DNA of 64,000 nt from Octopus sinensis (lineage: Eukaryota), in NCBI RefSeq assembly GCF_006345805.1, contig NC_042998.1:160890001-160954000 (forward strand), read 5' to 3'. A program made the position numbers and the translations under genes. Within the stretch, counting starts at the first letter, position 1. The number at the start of each line of letters is the position of its first letter. The notes under the pieces are model-generated. The model searched no databases, was not told the origin of the DNA, and saw only the letters and a program-made list of their open reading frames with translations. Below, one piece after another: positions 50,336 through 61,599 of this stretch.

Positions 50336-53300
50336 TGCATGTGTCTATGTTTGTGTGTGTAGTTGCACATATTTAGCAGTCAATGTAGAAATTAAATACC
50401 ACATATCTGGAAATAACAAAACTACCAACAAAACACAAAAAACTTTGAAGTAAAGCTAAATAAAAATACTAAACATTATTACTGGAAATCAATTTGAAAA
50501 GTTACTAATATTTTGTACAAAAAAAAAACTTTGGCTCTGTCTTAAGAATACTGATATTACTTATAATTTTAGTTTTAAAATTGCACATAATCAAAACCAA
50601 TAGCTTATTTTTATTTCTCAATCCAGTATGTAACCAGTAATTATTGAAAATAAAGTATAAAAGGGAAAAGTACTGTGTATGATGATACTCTGTGTATGTT
50701 CATATGGATGCTTAACTGAACATGTATGTGTGTGTATGAGTGTGTGTGTGCGCGTGGATTTGATGATTACCTCTATAACAATAGGTTTTACCATTCATAA
50801 GAAAAAAAGGAAGACCTGGGTATTTTTATTTTGAATCAAAAACAAAATGAACATTTTTCTTTTAAAAAAAAGGCCCTTCAACTTTATAATTTCTTCGTTG
50901 CAATACTTGTTTCTTTAAATATAAGTTGCTTGTTATATTGAATGTTACCAATGTTCTATTGGATCTAACAAGCTAAGAAAGCGCTCGATTTCACAGTTTC
51001 TATTAATTTAAAAAAAATTTTGTCATTTATTTTAGCAAACTGTAGAGAGTATCACACCAACTAAATTCTTTGTAAATGATTTAGGGTTATAAATTATTTT
51101 ATTTCATTTTTTTTTTATTAAATTTGGCAAGAAAGTAAAGGCAACCATAATGTAATTGTAAAGAACTAGTAAACAAATATCTAAGTTTGTTTTCCTCAAT
51201 ATCTACAGAAGGGAACTGAGGAAATTACAATAAAAAATGAACAATTGTAGTTTATTTCAATAACAACGACTTTATTTTGTTGTGAGGAAGTGAGGCCTCA
51301 AAGTATGGTTAATAAGCAATTGCAGCTTTAAATCTCATTTTAACAAAAATTGTGAATATTAGGGTGATGAATAAAAACCCTAAATTAAATCGGCTGTTTG
51401 ATTAAATGGTAAGAATAGTGCATTAAACATATCACTAATTATGATGGTATATTATGAATTCTGGCTGTTATGGTTTCCGTAAAAAAAATTGTGAAGAATT
51501 TGATATAAAAATCTTTTAAGACGCAGATCACTAAAAAAGAAACAAAAACAATAAAAAATTGAAATTCACTGAACAAGATGATAAAAAATAAAATAATAGA
51601 TATAAATTCTTATAAAAGACGGTTATTGCACCAGGCCCTAATGATGACTAAAGAGTAAAATAATTGAAATTGAGATATATTAACGGCTTTTCTTTTTATA
51701 GTCCAACTCTAATCACAGAAACAAAATTCTATCAGACTAACAGATAAAAAAGTGAATTTTAATACATGATGCTTGATAAGTTTTATTATCATTATTATTC
51801 AAAACTATTAGATTCAGTATCCTATACACATAACAACAAAGACGTATACTGATTTCATATAAAACAAAAGTAAGCAGACTTCCGTAAAGTACTGAAAATT
51901 ATTATTTCCTTTCAATTTATATAGATTAATCATAATGCTTTACAATTACAGATTGTAATATTAATCATTTTGCTAATTATAAAAAAATGAATGGTATCTG
52001 TTAGAAATTCAAAACATTTTTAAAGCTTCTTTTAAATTAACAAAAGAGAAGCCAATATAAGTATTTTACTCAGTATGATAATTAAACAAATACTAATCTC
52101 ACTTAGTTTACAAAGTTAGATCTGTTTTTGAAGCTGATGAAGTAAATTTTGTCTCTAATATACCCAAATATAGTTTATCTTTTAAGAGAGCATTAACTCT
52201 GTGTAGAAGCAGCAACTTATTGATATTCTGCATGTTCATGTATCTTGATTAGCTTATTTTGAAAGGTAACATTAACAATAAACATATTTACATAAAGCTT
52301 GTGCTTAAGAGAAAGTACATTGACACTACATTTGATCAAGAGACATTTGGATTAAATCAATAAACACTATGAAGGAAAGTAAATATTAAAATGTTTTTTG
52401 TCATCATTGTTCTCCTCATTAGTATTACCGTTTAGATTATTATGACTAGAATTTGATATTAGTAACTTTCAGCACCGATAAAAGCCAATGTTAGGCAGAA
52501 AAAGTGGATGTCAAGTTTCTAATTTGTGGTGGTGACGGTGGGGGTGGGGTAGGGGTCTTCAAAGAAATTTTAATAATGACTTTGGAGAAATAATCAGATG
52601 ACACAAGATGGATGAAAAAATTAATGATAAAATGAGTGAATAAATTAACTGAAACAATCTCCAAAATCTATCATGAACTAAAAGAGACTGGAGAAGTGTA
52701 TATACGATAATGTATATTAAAGAGAATGTAAAAGGAAATGATGTGGAGATGCAACAAGAAAACAAGAAAGAAACAAGACATTTCTATCTTTCCCTGTTTC
52801 AATTTGATTTGTTTGTTTAAACACCAGCTAAACTGTAAAATTTTCAGTTGAAGATTGGTTGCATGAATATATACAATGAAATTTGATCCTTAAATATTTT
52901 ATTTTGATTATTTTTTTTTTAAATACTTATAAAATTATGAAGCAAATAAGTTAATGGAATGAAATTTAAAGGATAAGTGAATAATGAAGAATGGAAATGT
53001 AGTCAATGTTTCATGTTGCTGGCATATTCAGTAGGAAACATTAATGTTCTTTACTCAAATGTATATTACGTTTAGAACTGTAAAAAAAAAACAAAAAAAA
53101 ACTGGGAATATTAGAAGCCTAAGCAGAGTTATCCCAAATGTTGTCATTCTTTTAGGCATTCATATTTTATTGGTGCAAAGGTAATGATAATGGGAGCAAT
53201 GTTAATTTGGGAGTGATTAATTGAATATGAAAGTGTTTAGTCTGGGTTTTCAGCTCTACCAGAATTTTAACTGTATTTTTGACATGATTTGTATTGGAAA

Positions 53301-54617
53301 TATGTAAATGACCTATTAAATATTACTCTGCTTCAATCAGAAATCTAAAGGTTCTGATGGATGTTTTTAAACACTTTTCTTCATTATTATGTTAAATAAG
53401 TTTTCAAATTCATGAATGTGTTATATAATTTTCAAACAGTAAATGTTAGAGCCTTATATATTGCCAGAGACTACATTAAAATTTCATTATGAATATGCAT
53501 GCACACACATGCACATGCATTCTACACATACACACTATCAATTCTTTCATTCTACAAAGTCTTAAATATTAAAATTCAGCTGTGTGAGTTGTTAAAATCC
53601 AAAGGGTGAAACTGTTTCATCAGGTTATTTATTTTTCTCTGATTTAAATAATGAATAATGAATATTTATCTCAGTTATCAGTTGAAAGAATACAAAATGG
53701 ACACCCAGGTGTTATAACATTACAGAATTAAGATTTTGTAAACTTTTGTAATTAACTAGAAGCCATTATTTTTGTAAAAACAATGTATGTTCATGAGCAC
53801 ACACATGCATGTGCACAAACTCATACACACACACAAACAAACACACACACAAACACACTCACTTGCACAAACAAACACACGCACATAAACACAGTTGCAT
53901 GTTGATGTAAATAAGCATTGTAAATACAAAAACTACTGACCTCACCAGAGGTACTTCTTTTGGTTTGAAGTAATCTCCTTATCTGGGCTAGGACGGAATA
54001 ATTTTTTATGACTACTGAGAAAACCCTTTCTAAGCAGTCAGCATTAAAAATATTTGTTTCTCATTCATTTATAATTTATAAATGACAATGATGAATTCTA
54101 GATGATTTTTAAAACTTAAAATCTTTTATAAATGGCCATCATTTTGGTAATCTCACCCAACCTCAGTGAACCATAATGTAAATAATGATATGCATATAAT
54201 AAAAATTCTATTGGCAGACAAGGCAAATTTAAGATAATAATTGATACCTGAGCAAAACAATGATAAATAAATAAATAAAAATAATTATAATTGCAATACA
54301 ACTCAAGAAAATAGGAAGACAAAAAAAAAGAAGAAAGGAATTTATAGATAGGGACTGGGGAGAAATAAATTATTAAAAATAATAAACTGAAAATTCATGT
54401 ACTTCTGAAAAATACTGTTGACATGGCTAAATAAATAAGACAACAATTGCTACATTCTATGGTTATGACCACCATCAATAGCTTAGATTTATGAAAACAA
54501 GTTCATCATAAATCAATAGAAAGTAGTCAAAGATGATTAATTAGGACAACTGAAAACACTGCATTCTTCTGTGAGGTATCATGGTTCCTTCTCAAGGACT
54601 AGGTCTTTGGCAAACTG

Positions 54618-57467
54618 TCAGGATAAGCCATTGGTTTTCATGGACGACAAATGACGATGTAGGTTATGGTTCTGTGTGTGCCTATTTCGGCTCTTGCGGG
54701 TCGAGAAAATCTTGTCACATCCTGAGACTGTACAGTAGTACATCTCTTTTGGATGAAGGGTTTCAAAATGTTCTTTGAGAGCAAGGTTGTCACGGAATTT
54801 TTGTTGGCATACGTGACAACTGACTGCACTGTTCAGTTCATCATCGATGTCCTCGTCTTGCAGGTGATCGCCCCCATCGTCATCGTCGTCATCTTCTTCT
54901 TCGGCCCCACTTTCATCACCCCCATTACGGGCAGAAAAGGTGTTCTCCTCAGCTCTGTCTCTGCTGTTATTTCCAATGAAACTATCATTAGAGTGACTTC
55001 CCACTGAGGAAATAGTTTTACGTTTATTACAAATAACTGTGTTTGGGTTACTATCCTCATCACCAATACCATGATTACTGTTTTCATTGTAGATGCGGGA
55101 GTCATATTTTTGGTTGATATGATCTTTCACTTGGTTATTTTCTTTGTTTCCACCTCTCATTCCTTCACTGTTGTCCTCATCATCATCATCAACATCATCA
55201 ATGTCATCTTCATCCAATTCATCCACATCTTCAATTTCCTCATCATCTGGGAACTGGTCCGTATCAGATGTGGACAACAGTTTGTGGTGTAGGTTCAGGT
55301 TGGTGCTGTGTCGATCTCGGCTGCGTTTTGAAGGGAATACAGCATTGCAACCATCAATAGTGCACTTGTGCATGAGTTTATAATGGACACTTTGATAATG
55401 AATTTTGAGGTCAAAATGATTTTGGAGAATTTTCCCACAGAAATTACACTTCCGAGGATTATCTTTATCTAGTGGAATATCTGTACTGTTGGAGTTAGAA
55501 TCTGGAGAATGACTACCATTGGCTCTAATGGCCAAGTGGCCTTCAATGTCAGTGGAAGCTTGGGAGGCATTTGAATCATGATCTGAACCAGGACTCATGT
55601 TTAGAGATGACAAATTAGAAGGGCTACGTTCGCAGTTATCTTGAGAGAGGTCAACTGGATCTGAAGAGTTGTTGCTGTTGTTATTGGTGTTATTATTTGC
55701 TAAGAGGGAAGCAATTCTAGGAAAGTGGCAAGCTTCTTTCCTAGGTTCTTGTTTTGGATTACAGTTTGTATCACAAATGACACCGCTGTGACTGGAGAGA
55801 ATGACTGAGTCATAAACCTTGCCAGACATAGATTTTTCAGGAATCTCCCGAACATCAGCTATTTCCTTTTTTATTGCAATTTTGTCATCCAGTTCATCAT
55901 CTGCAGCTGAATTAGATGTAGATTTTACCTTCTCAGCATCATTTAAGCATTTCTTGTTATGTTTAGTTGCATCTTTCTCATCTGAGATTGAATTTTCATC
56001 ACTCATGCTGTAATTTTCTTCCATCTGGGCACAACGGGTAGGAATCAAGCTTTTCCTTCTGTTGAAGCCACGCTGTGTGCTGCTTACATCTGGTTTCAAT
56101 GTATCGTCCAGCGACTTCACATCATCAGTCATATCAATGGCTTCATTACTTCCATCGTTATTTTCCATTTTAATTTTTTTCCCAGAAGACATATATGAAA
56201 GGTTGTTTCCCACATCTACAAAGCATGACTGATCACTCCTGTTGAGGACATTTGAATCGAGTGAGGGAATCACTGCTCTAGAGAGATAAGATGAAGTAAC
56301 GACCATGGTAGGAGGAGAATTAATGAGCCTCGAAGGGGGTTTGGACTCAGCTATTAAAGTAGCTCCTTCTGGGAGTTTGCGTTTTTGAGGCATGTGGAGC
56401 TTAGGGTTAGGGTTGGCACTGTGGCGATTACGACTGCGACGAGAACTGAACATCATACTGCAGCCTTCAACTGTACATTTGTGCATCTCTTTCAGATGTA
56501 CTGCACTGTAATGAATTTTAAGAGCACCTTTATCACAGAAAGTTTTATTGCAAGCTGTGCAAAGAACACGCTTTTTGCCGTTGGGTGCAATCAGTGTACT
56601 TCCAAATGATGCCGAAGGAGTCCATTGACGTTTGATTGGATTAGCCGACTTTCGGAGGTGTTTTACTTTGCGATCCGCATACACAGACAGTGCTGATTCT
56701 TCACAGTCTTTGGTAGAATAATTTATTGCATCCATTGGTGAATCTTCTTGGGAGATAATGACTGGGCTAATATTTGGCATATTTATGCATGGCGCATGTT
56801 TAGAATTTTCAATTATATCTGGCGGTTTCATTGACTGGAACTGGGGAGGACTTGTGGATGTTGGTGTTGGTGTTGGGGTAGTACTCAGATTTTTGGGACT
56901 TTCATCACCGTGGGAAGGTAGTGGTGGTGGTGGTGGTGGCAGAGGTGGTTGTGATAGCTGTGGCACAGAGGCACGTTTTTCTGACAGTCCTGGGCTAACA
57001 GCAGGACTTAAGCGTTCCCTTCGAAAATCAATGGGCAACATGGTTTGCAGACGGCCTAATGGGGACGAGGTAACAGGACTCGATGTAGGTACAGGAGTGG
57101 GAGGCATACTTGTGGGGCGTAAATCCCTTGGGGGTGTAGTGGCAGTATACTGTATTGCAGTCGGTGCTACAAGGCGGTTACTACTGTGGGATACGAATGG
57201 CATGCGATTTGAGAACAGATGCCGTGATTCGTAGGGACGCATGTAGCTTTGCATACTTAGGTTACTCCTCTCAATGAATTTCTTGATTTCAGACTCAGCC
57301 CGAGAAGTTTGCTTGACATAAAGCTCTTGTTTCTCTTTAGTATCCTGAAGAATGATTTCCTGAGCAATAGATTTTGTTTCTCCAAATCGTAGAAACTGTT
57401 GTAATATTATATGTTCCTCTTCCCGAGTGGCAATGGTCCATTTATCTAAAACTCGGCCAGATGCATC
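54618..57467 (-). CDS. bnc2: Terminal coding exon (949 codons plus stop) of a basonuclin/disconnected-family zinc-finger transcription factor with three C2H2 finger pairs
   Basis: Acceptor TTTTATTTTCAG|GAT at 57468/57467, phase 0. The exon opens DASGRVLDKWTIATREEEHIILQQFLRFGETKSI, the conserved basonuclin N-terminal domain. The first pair, KKRVLCTACNKTFCDKGALKIHYSAVHLKEMHKCTVEGC.MMFSSRRSRNRHSANPNPKLH, is the disco/basonuclin signature. Further pairs lie at about 55285-55448 and 54650-54818. Assignment to BNC1 versus BNC2 is not meaningful for an invertebrate. The ORF track's first 15 residues are intronic. Confidence 0.95.
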   Translation of the reverse strand, partial: DASGRVLDKWTIATREEEHIILQQFLRFGETKSIAQEIILQDTKEKQELYVKQTSRAESEIKKFIERSNLSMQSYMRPYESRHLFSNRMPFVSHSSNRLVAPTAIQYTATTPPRDLRPTSMPPTPVPTSSPVTSSPLGRLQTMLPIDFRRERLSPAVSPGLSEKRASVPQLSQPPLPPPPPPLPSHGDESPKNLSTTPTPTPTSTSPPQFQSMKPPDIIENSKHAPCINMPNISPVIISQEDSPMDAINYSTKDCEESALSVYADRKVKHLRKSANPIKRQWTPSASFGSTLIAPNGKKRVLCTACNKTFCDKGALKIHYSAVHLKEMHKCTVEGCSMMFSSRRSRNRHSANPNPKLHMPQKRKLPEGATLIAESKPPSRLINSPPTMVVTSSYLSRAVIPSLDSNVLNRSDQSCFVDVGNNLSYMSSGKKIKMENNDGSNEAIDMTDDVKSLDDTLKPDVSSTQRGFNRRKSLIPTRCAQMEENYSMSDENSISDEKDATKHNKKCLNDAEKVKSTSNSAADDELDDKIAIKKEIADVREIPEKSMSGKVYDSVILSSHSGVICDTNCNPKQEPRKEACHFPRIASLLANNNTNNNSNNSSDPVDLSQDNCERSPSNLSSLNMSPGSDHDSNASQASTDIEGHLAIRANGSHSPDSNSNSTDIPLDKDNPRKCNFCGKILQNHFDLKIHYQSVHYKLMHKCTIDGCNAVFPSKRSRDRHSTNLNLHHKLLSTSDTDQFPDDEEIEDVDELDEDDIDDVDDDDEDNSEGMRGGNKENNQVKDHINQKYDSRIYNENSNHGIGDEDSNPNTVICNKRKTISSVGSHSNDSFIGNNSRDRAEENTFSARNGGDESGAEEEDDDDDDGGDHLQDEDIDDELNSAVSCHVCQQKFRDNLALKEHFETLHPKEMYYCTVSGCDKIFSTRKSRNRHTQNHNLHRHLSSMKTNGLS

Positions 57468-58621
57468 CTGAAAATAAAATGAAATAAGAAGAGTTAAGTG
57501 ATAGTGGTACATTTTTGAAAAATTAGTTATTGTTATAAGTATTATATAAATAAATTATCTTTTATTACTATTAATGTCATAAGTTACATATTATTAATAA
57601 AAAGAATAACAACTGCACAAGTAATAAAAATATTGCTTTCTGTAAAAGAATGGCTTGGGAGTAGGAAAGTATGAGATGTTTGCCAATAATTTTCTTGTGA
57701 GAATGAAAATGTAATAATTAAGTAAAGATTCATATTTAATCAGATAAGAAAGTCTGATACACAGTACTAAAAATAGGCAAACATCTCTGAAGTGCTGAGA
57801 AACTGTTACAGGCAAGTGTCTAGCACAAGTTTTATGATATTGAACAGATGAGAAATAACTCTTCCTCTGGATAGGACACCAAACTGTCACATGTAACATT
57901 TCCAATTATATTGCTTAACTACACAATGACTATCAACACCTCTAGGCTGCACTTCAGACATTTCAGTGTAGTTAAGAAAAGCATATCGTTGTACTTGAGA
58001 GGCTTAGTATAGATAAATATCAATGAAAAAAAATCTTCCTTCAACCAATGGACAGGAAACAAAAAGAAAGAACAGAAAAAAAAACAAAGAAAAGTGTTAG
58101 TTCTGTAATTCACGAATTGTCTGAAACAATGTTTCTCCATACTAAAGAAAGGGGTTTTGATGTTGCCCTGTAAGATCTTACTGGAGTTACAGGAAAGTTT
58201 GGAAGGAAATAAACAAATTCAATAAATTCAGAGTGGTATAGAAATTATTGCTAAAGATGATGATGATAATTATTATTATTTATTATTACCATTTTAAAAC
58301 CCACAATAACATGACCATGATATTAATTACAGAAACAGTAGCTGTTTACATCTTGTGAACAATTCTCTACTTGGGTGAGCTTATGATAGCTTAAAACATA
58401 TCTTAAAAGACTACACCAGGGTAGGGCTGTTAAGCTCGACATAATTACGTTTATATATTTGATTTGCAAGATTTTTTATGTGAAATCGTGTTGAAACAGA
58501 TATTGTTGTATTTAAGAATGGTCATTTTGCCAGTTTAGCCAATACAAACACACGCACTATATATTTGGTGTTACTTTGCTTCAGCGTTATTTATTTTTTA
58601 CATTAATCTTAATCTTATTTC

Positions 58622-58666
58622 GGCTAGAGTTCTTTCGTCACACTCTTGTGACCTCATCAGTGGTCC
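58622..58666 (-). ncRNA. Minimal type I hammerhead-ribozyme-like motif (core intact)
   Basis: Minus strand: GGACCA CUGAUGA G GUCAC-aagagu-GUGAC GAAA G aa C UC UAGCC. Conserved core boxes, 5-bp stem II and a 2-bp stem III; stem I has a mismatch. Confidence 0.6.
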
Positions 58667-58759
58667 TTTGCTTTCTTCTTTCTTATTCGTGTGTCTCTCC
58701 TTACTAACGGTCATCGATTTTGTAAGGAGAGACACACAAATAGGAAAGAAGAAAGCAAA

Positions 58760-58804
58760 GGACCACTGATGAGGTCACAGGAGTGTGACAAAAGAACTCT
58801 GGCC
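58760..58804 (+). ncRNA. Second hammerhead-like copy (GAAA mutated to AAAA)
   Basis: GGACCA CUGAUGA G GUCAC-aggagu-GUGAC AAAA G aa C UC UGGCC; stem I (CCA/UGG) intact. Confidence 0.5.
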
Positions 58805-58999
58805 AAAATAAGATTAAGATTAATCTAAAAAATATATAATGCTGAAGCAAAGTAACACCAAATATATAGTGCGTGTGTTTTTATTGGCTAAACTGGCAAA
58901 ATGACCATTCCTAAATACAACAATATATATATATTTTCATACAAATATAAATATAGATATATATATATATAAATAACAGGATCCAACAGGTTTAAAAAC

Positions 59000-59245
59000 T
59001 GCATTGTGCTCTAATGTCTACTTTGGCATGACCTCTATGGCTGGATAGAAGGCACTCAGTGTAATCTGCAAAGTGGTCAACCCAAATGTAGACTTCAAAT
59101 AAAAAAGGAAACATATGATCATGACAATACCGTTTGAACAATCTAGGAAGGTAGCAACTCAAACCTTTCTGGATAAGAACTAAGACCACAACAATCTGTT
59201 CAACCAATGCAAGCATGGAAAGTGGTGGACATAAAAATGACATAT
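59000..59245 (+). mobile_element. Decayed family C-related repeat
   Basis: CAACCAATGCAAGCATGGAAAGTGG tail block. Confidence 0.5.
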
Positions 59246-60279
59246 TCTTGAAATCAAATGCAGTATATCAGAACAATGCAAGGTGCATTGAACTAAGCTT
59301 GGAAAAGTATATTTTTCAAAGATATATTTTTAGAATTTCAATATTTCATTATAGACACTGGACAAAAGAACATCTAAGTCATGGTTGAACTGGAATTTTG
59401 TTTCATTTTCTCAGATGGCTCTGCATAAGTATTTTTAATGTTATAAATAGCTTAAAAGTTTCTGTCTCTAGAGCAGAAAGAATCTGACTTGTTTGCTGAG
59501 ATTCCTGCAATGCAATGCTTTACCAGTTTGAACAAACAAATGCATAAACCAGCTAATCTAAAAAGCACACTAAATTAGAAGATAAATAAATAGTATTGTA
59601 TTTTCTTTATTACAAAAATGTTGTTTCTAGATGGTGAGTACACAAGCCTTACAGTCAATTTATGATGCATATTATAGAGAATATTGATAGTCAGAGTATT
59701 CAGTAATAACGAAAATTGAAATTGCCTGTAACTAATGATAAAAGCTATCATCACTTCCGGCTGAATGAGGATAACATACTTCATCTACAAGGCTACTATA
59801 AATTTGTCTCAGTAATAAGTCTTCTTTCTCAGATGATCACTATGCACTAAGTATAAATTCATCTTTAAAAAATGCTATAATGATATTTGATTGACTCTTG
59901 TCAGGTGTGGGGATGGTCATTCTCATCCATTATTGAGAAAAGAAAAAGCAAATTGCAATGAAGGTGTGTGCATGTACATGTGCATATGCACATGTGTGCT
60001 TGCTTATTTATACACATATGGGTTTACACGTGTCTCTATCACTTTCCCCCACATTTGTATGTATGCATGTGTGTGTGTATATATATATATATCCATTTGT
60101 CCATATTAACAACACACAAACACTGTATTTGTGCTTATACAAACAAGGAAAAGTAGATTTTATCTTCTTACTGTTTCATATTTCTTCATTCAGTATCTCT
60201 ATCTCTCTCTCTCTTTTGACACACACTCACTGACACACACACACACTAATAAATATATTTATTATATATATGTATGAGA

Positions 60280-60440
60280 TGGATGGTTCAACAGGATTCA
60301 GTAAGAGCATGTTACATTGCACCGTCTGTTTTGGCATGGTTTCTGCTGAAGGATGCCCTTCCTAATGACAACCACTTTACAAAGAAAATACTGGGTGCTT
60401 TTTCATGGCAACAGCACTAGTGAAGTTGTCTTGTAACTTG
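60280..60440 (-). mobile_element. Decayed family C-related repeat
   Basis: GGATGCCCTTCCTAATGAACAACCAC block. Confidence 0.6.
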
Positions 60441-60723
60441 CAAACAGAACTACATGGCTTAATGAAAGCTTCCATAACTGATGGAGAAAAGAAGAGGAAT
60501 TGATGATTCAAGGTGAAGTCAGATTGAGAAGGGAGGGTCCAGGACTATCCCGCATTACAAGAGTGAGTTTGCACAGGTGTGCTAGAAGGGAACATGAACA
60601 AGAAATATAAATGATGGAGGAGAGGAACCAGAAAGAGTCATTGGAAGAGAGACAGGTGGGGGGAGGGGTGGAGTGTCGTCAGGGAAAAAGAAAAAGAATA
60701 AGGGAATATTTGTCTCATCAAAG

Positions 60724-60769
<46 letters not shown>

Positions 60770-61002
60770 GTAATATATAAATATTATCTATCTATCTATA
60801 TAACCGTGAGCTTCAGGAAAATAGATAGTTAAAATAGCTGTAGCTAATTATATTTAGCTTTCTTAAGGTAAAAAGTAAGGTAAGTAAATGAAAAGATACA
60901 TAGGAAAAGTGCAAGAGACAAACTACTACAACTACTACTTCTACTCATTTAATAATATACTACCTGCCCCAACTTTTAGAAAGTGTGCATATGACTGCAA
61001 GC

Positions 61003-61045
<43 letters not shown>

Positions 61046-61550
61046 ACTACTTTGTTTTTGATGTTTCCCAAAATCTGAGTCCATGGGACCAGTAATTGGC
61101 TTGCATGAAAATTTCCTCTTTGTAATTTCTCGACAGTGCCAAGCCACTTAGTTAAAAATCCTACAATTCAATGAAGAGAGGAGGGTGTAAGATTAGTTGG
61201 GTGGGGTGGTAACGGTATCTGTGTGTGTGTGTGGGTCAGCCTATGGATTATTGTAGTGGTATGTTGGCACTGTATTTAAGTCAGTGCATTCTGTACAGCC
61301 ACTTCCACAAGTGATCAATACAAACATCTTTTAGCTATATACAATTATGAAAAAAGACTCCAAATTACTCCTACTGCATGAGCAGAGCACATCATCTTAT
61401 TGATTATCTCGCTATCATTGGGTTGGACAAAAGCCGAAAGGAGATGTGCTGAATGGAAACAAACTGCCCCATCTCCAACCAAATGTATGGATGTGTAAGG
61501 CTGTAGTATTGTTCTTGGTGGCATGTCCACTGAACTTACCTCAGACTGCA

Positions 61551-61599
61551 GCAACAGTAGTAGTAGTAGCAGTAGTAATAGTAGTAGCAGCAGCAGCAG
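61551..61599. repeat. (AGT)/(AGC) trinucleotide tract
   Basis: Seen directly in the sequence. Confidence 0.9.

Larger units (their letters stand above)
58501..58925. mobile_element. Foldback element with 204-bp arms and a 17-nt loop, in the basonuclin intron
   Basis: 58501-58704 versus 58722-58925: about 11 mismatches by manual count. Followed by a TA-rich tract. Confidence 0.92.

Noticed and set aside
52527-52555. G-rich tract with G-quadruplex potential
   Set aside because: Only three runs of three or more G, and it is on the strand opposite the basonuclin transcript; weak support.
54581-57234. Plus-strand ORFs opposite the zinc-finger exon
   Set aside because: Antisense shadows of a long coding exon.
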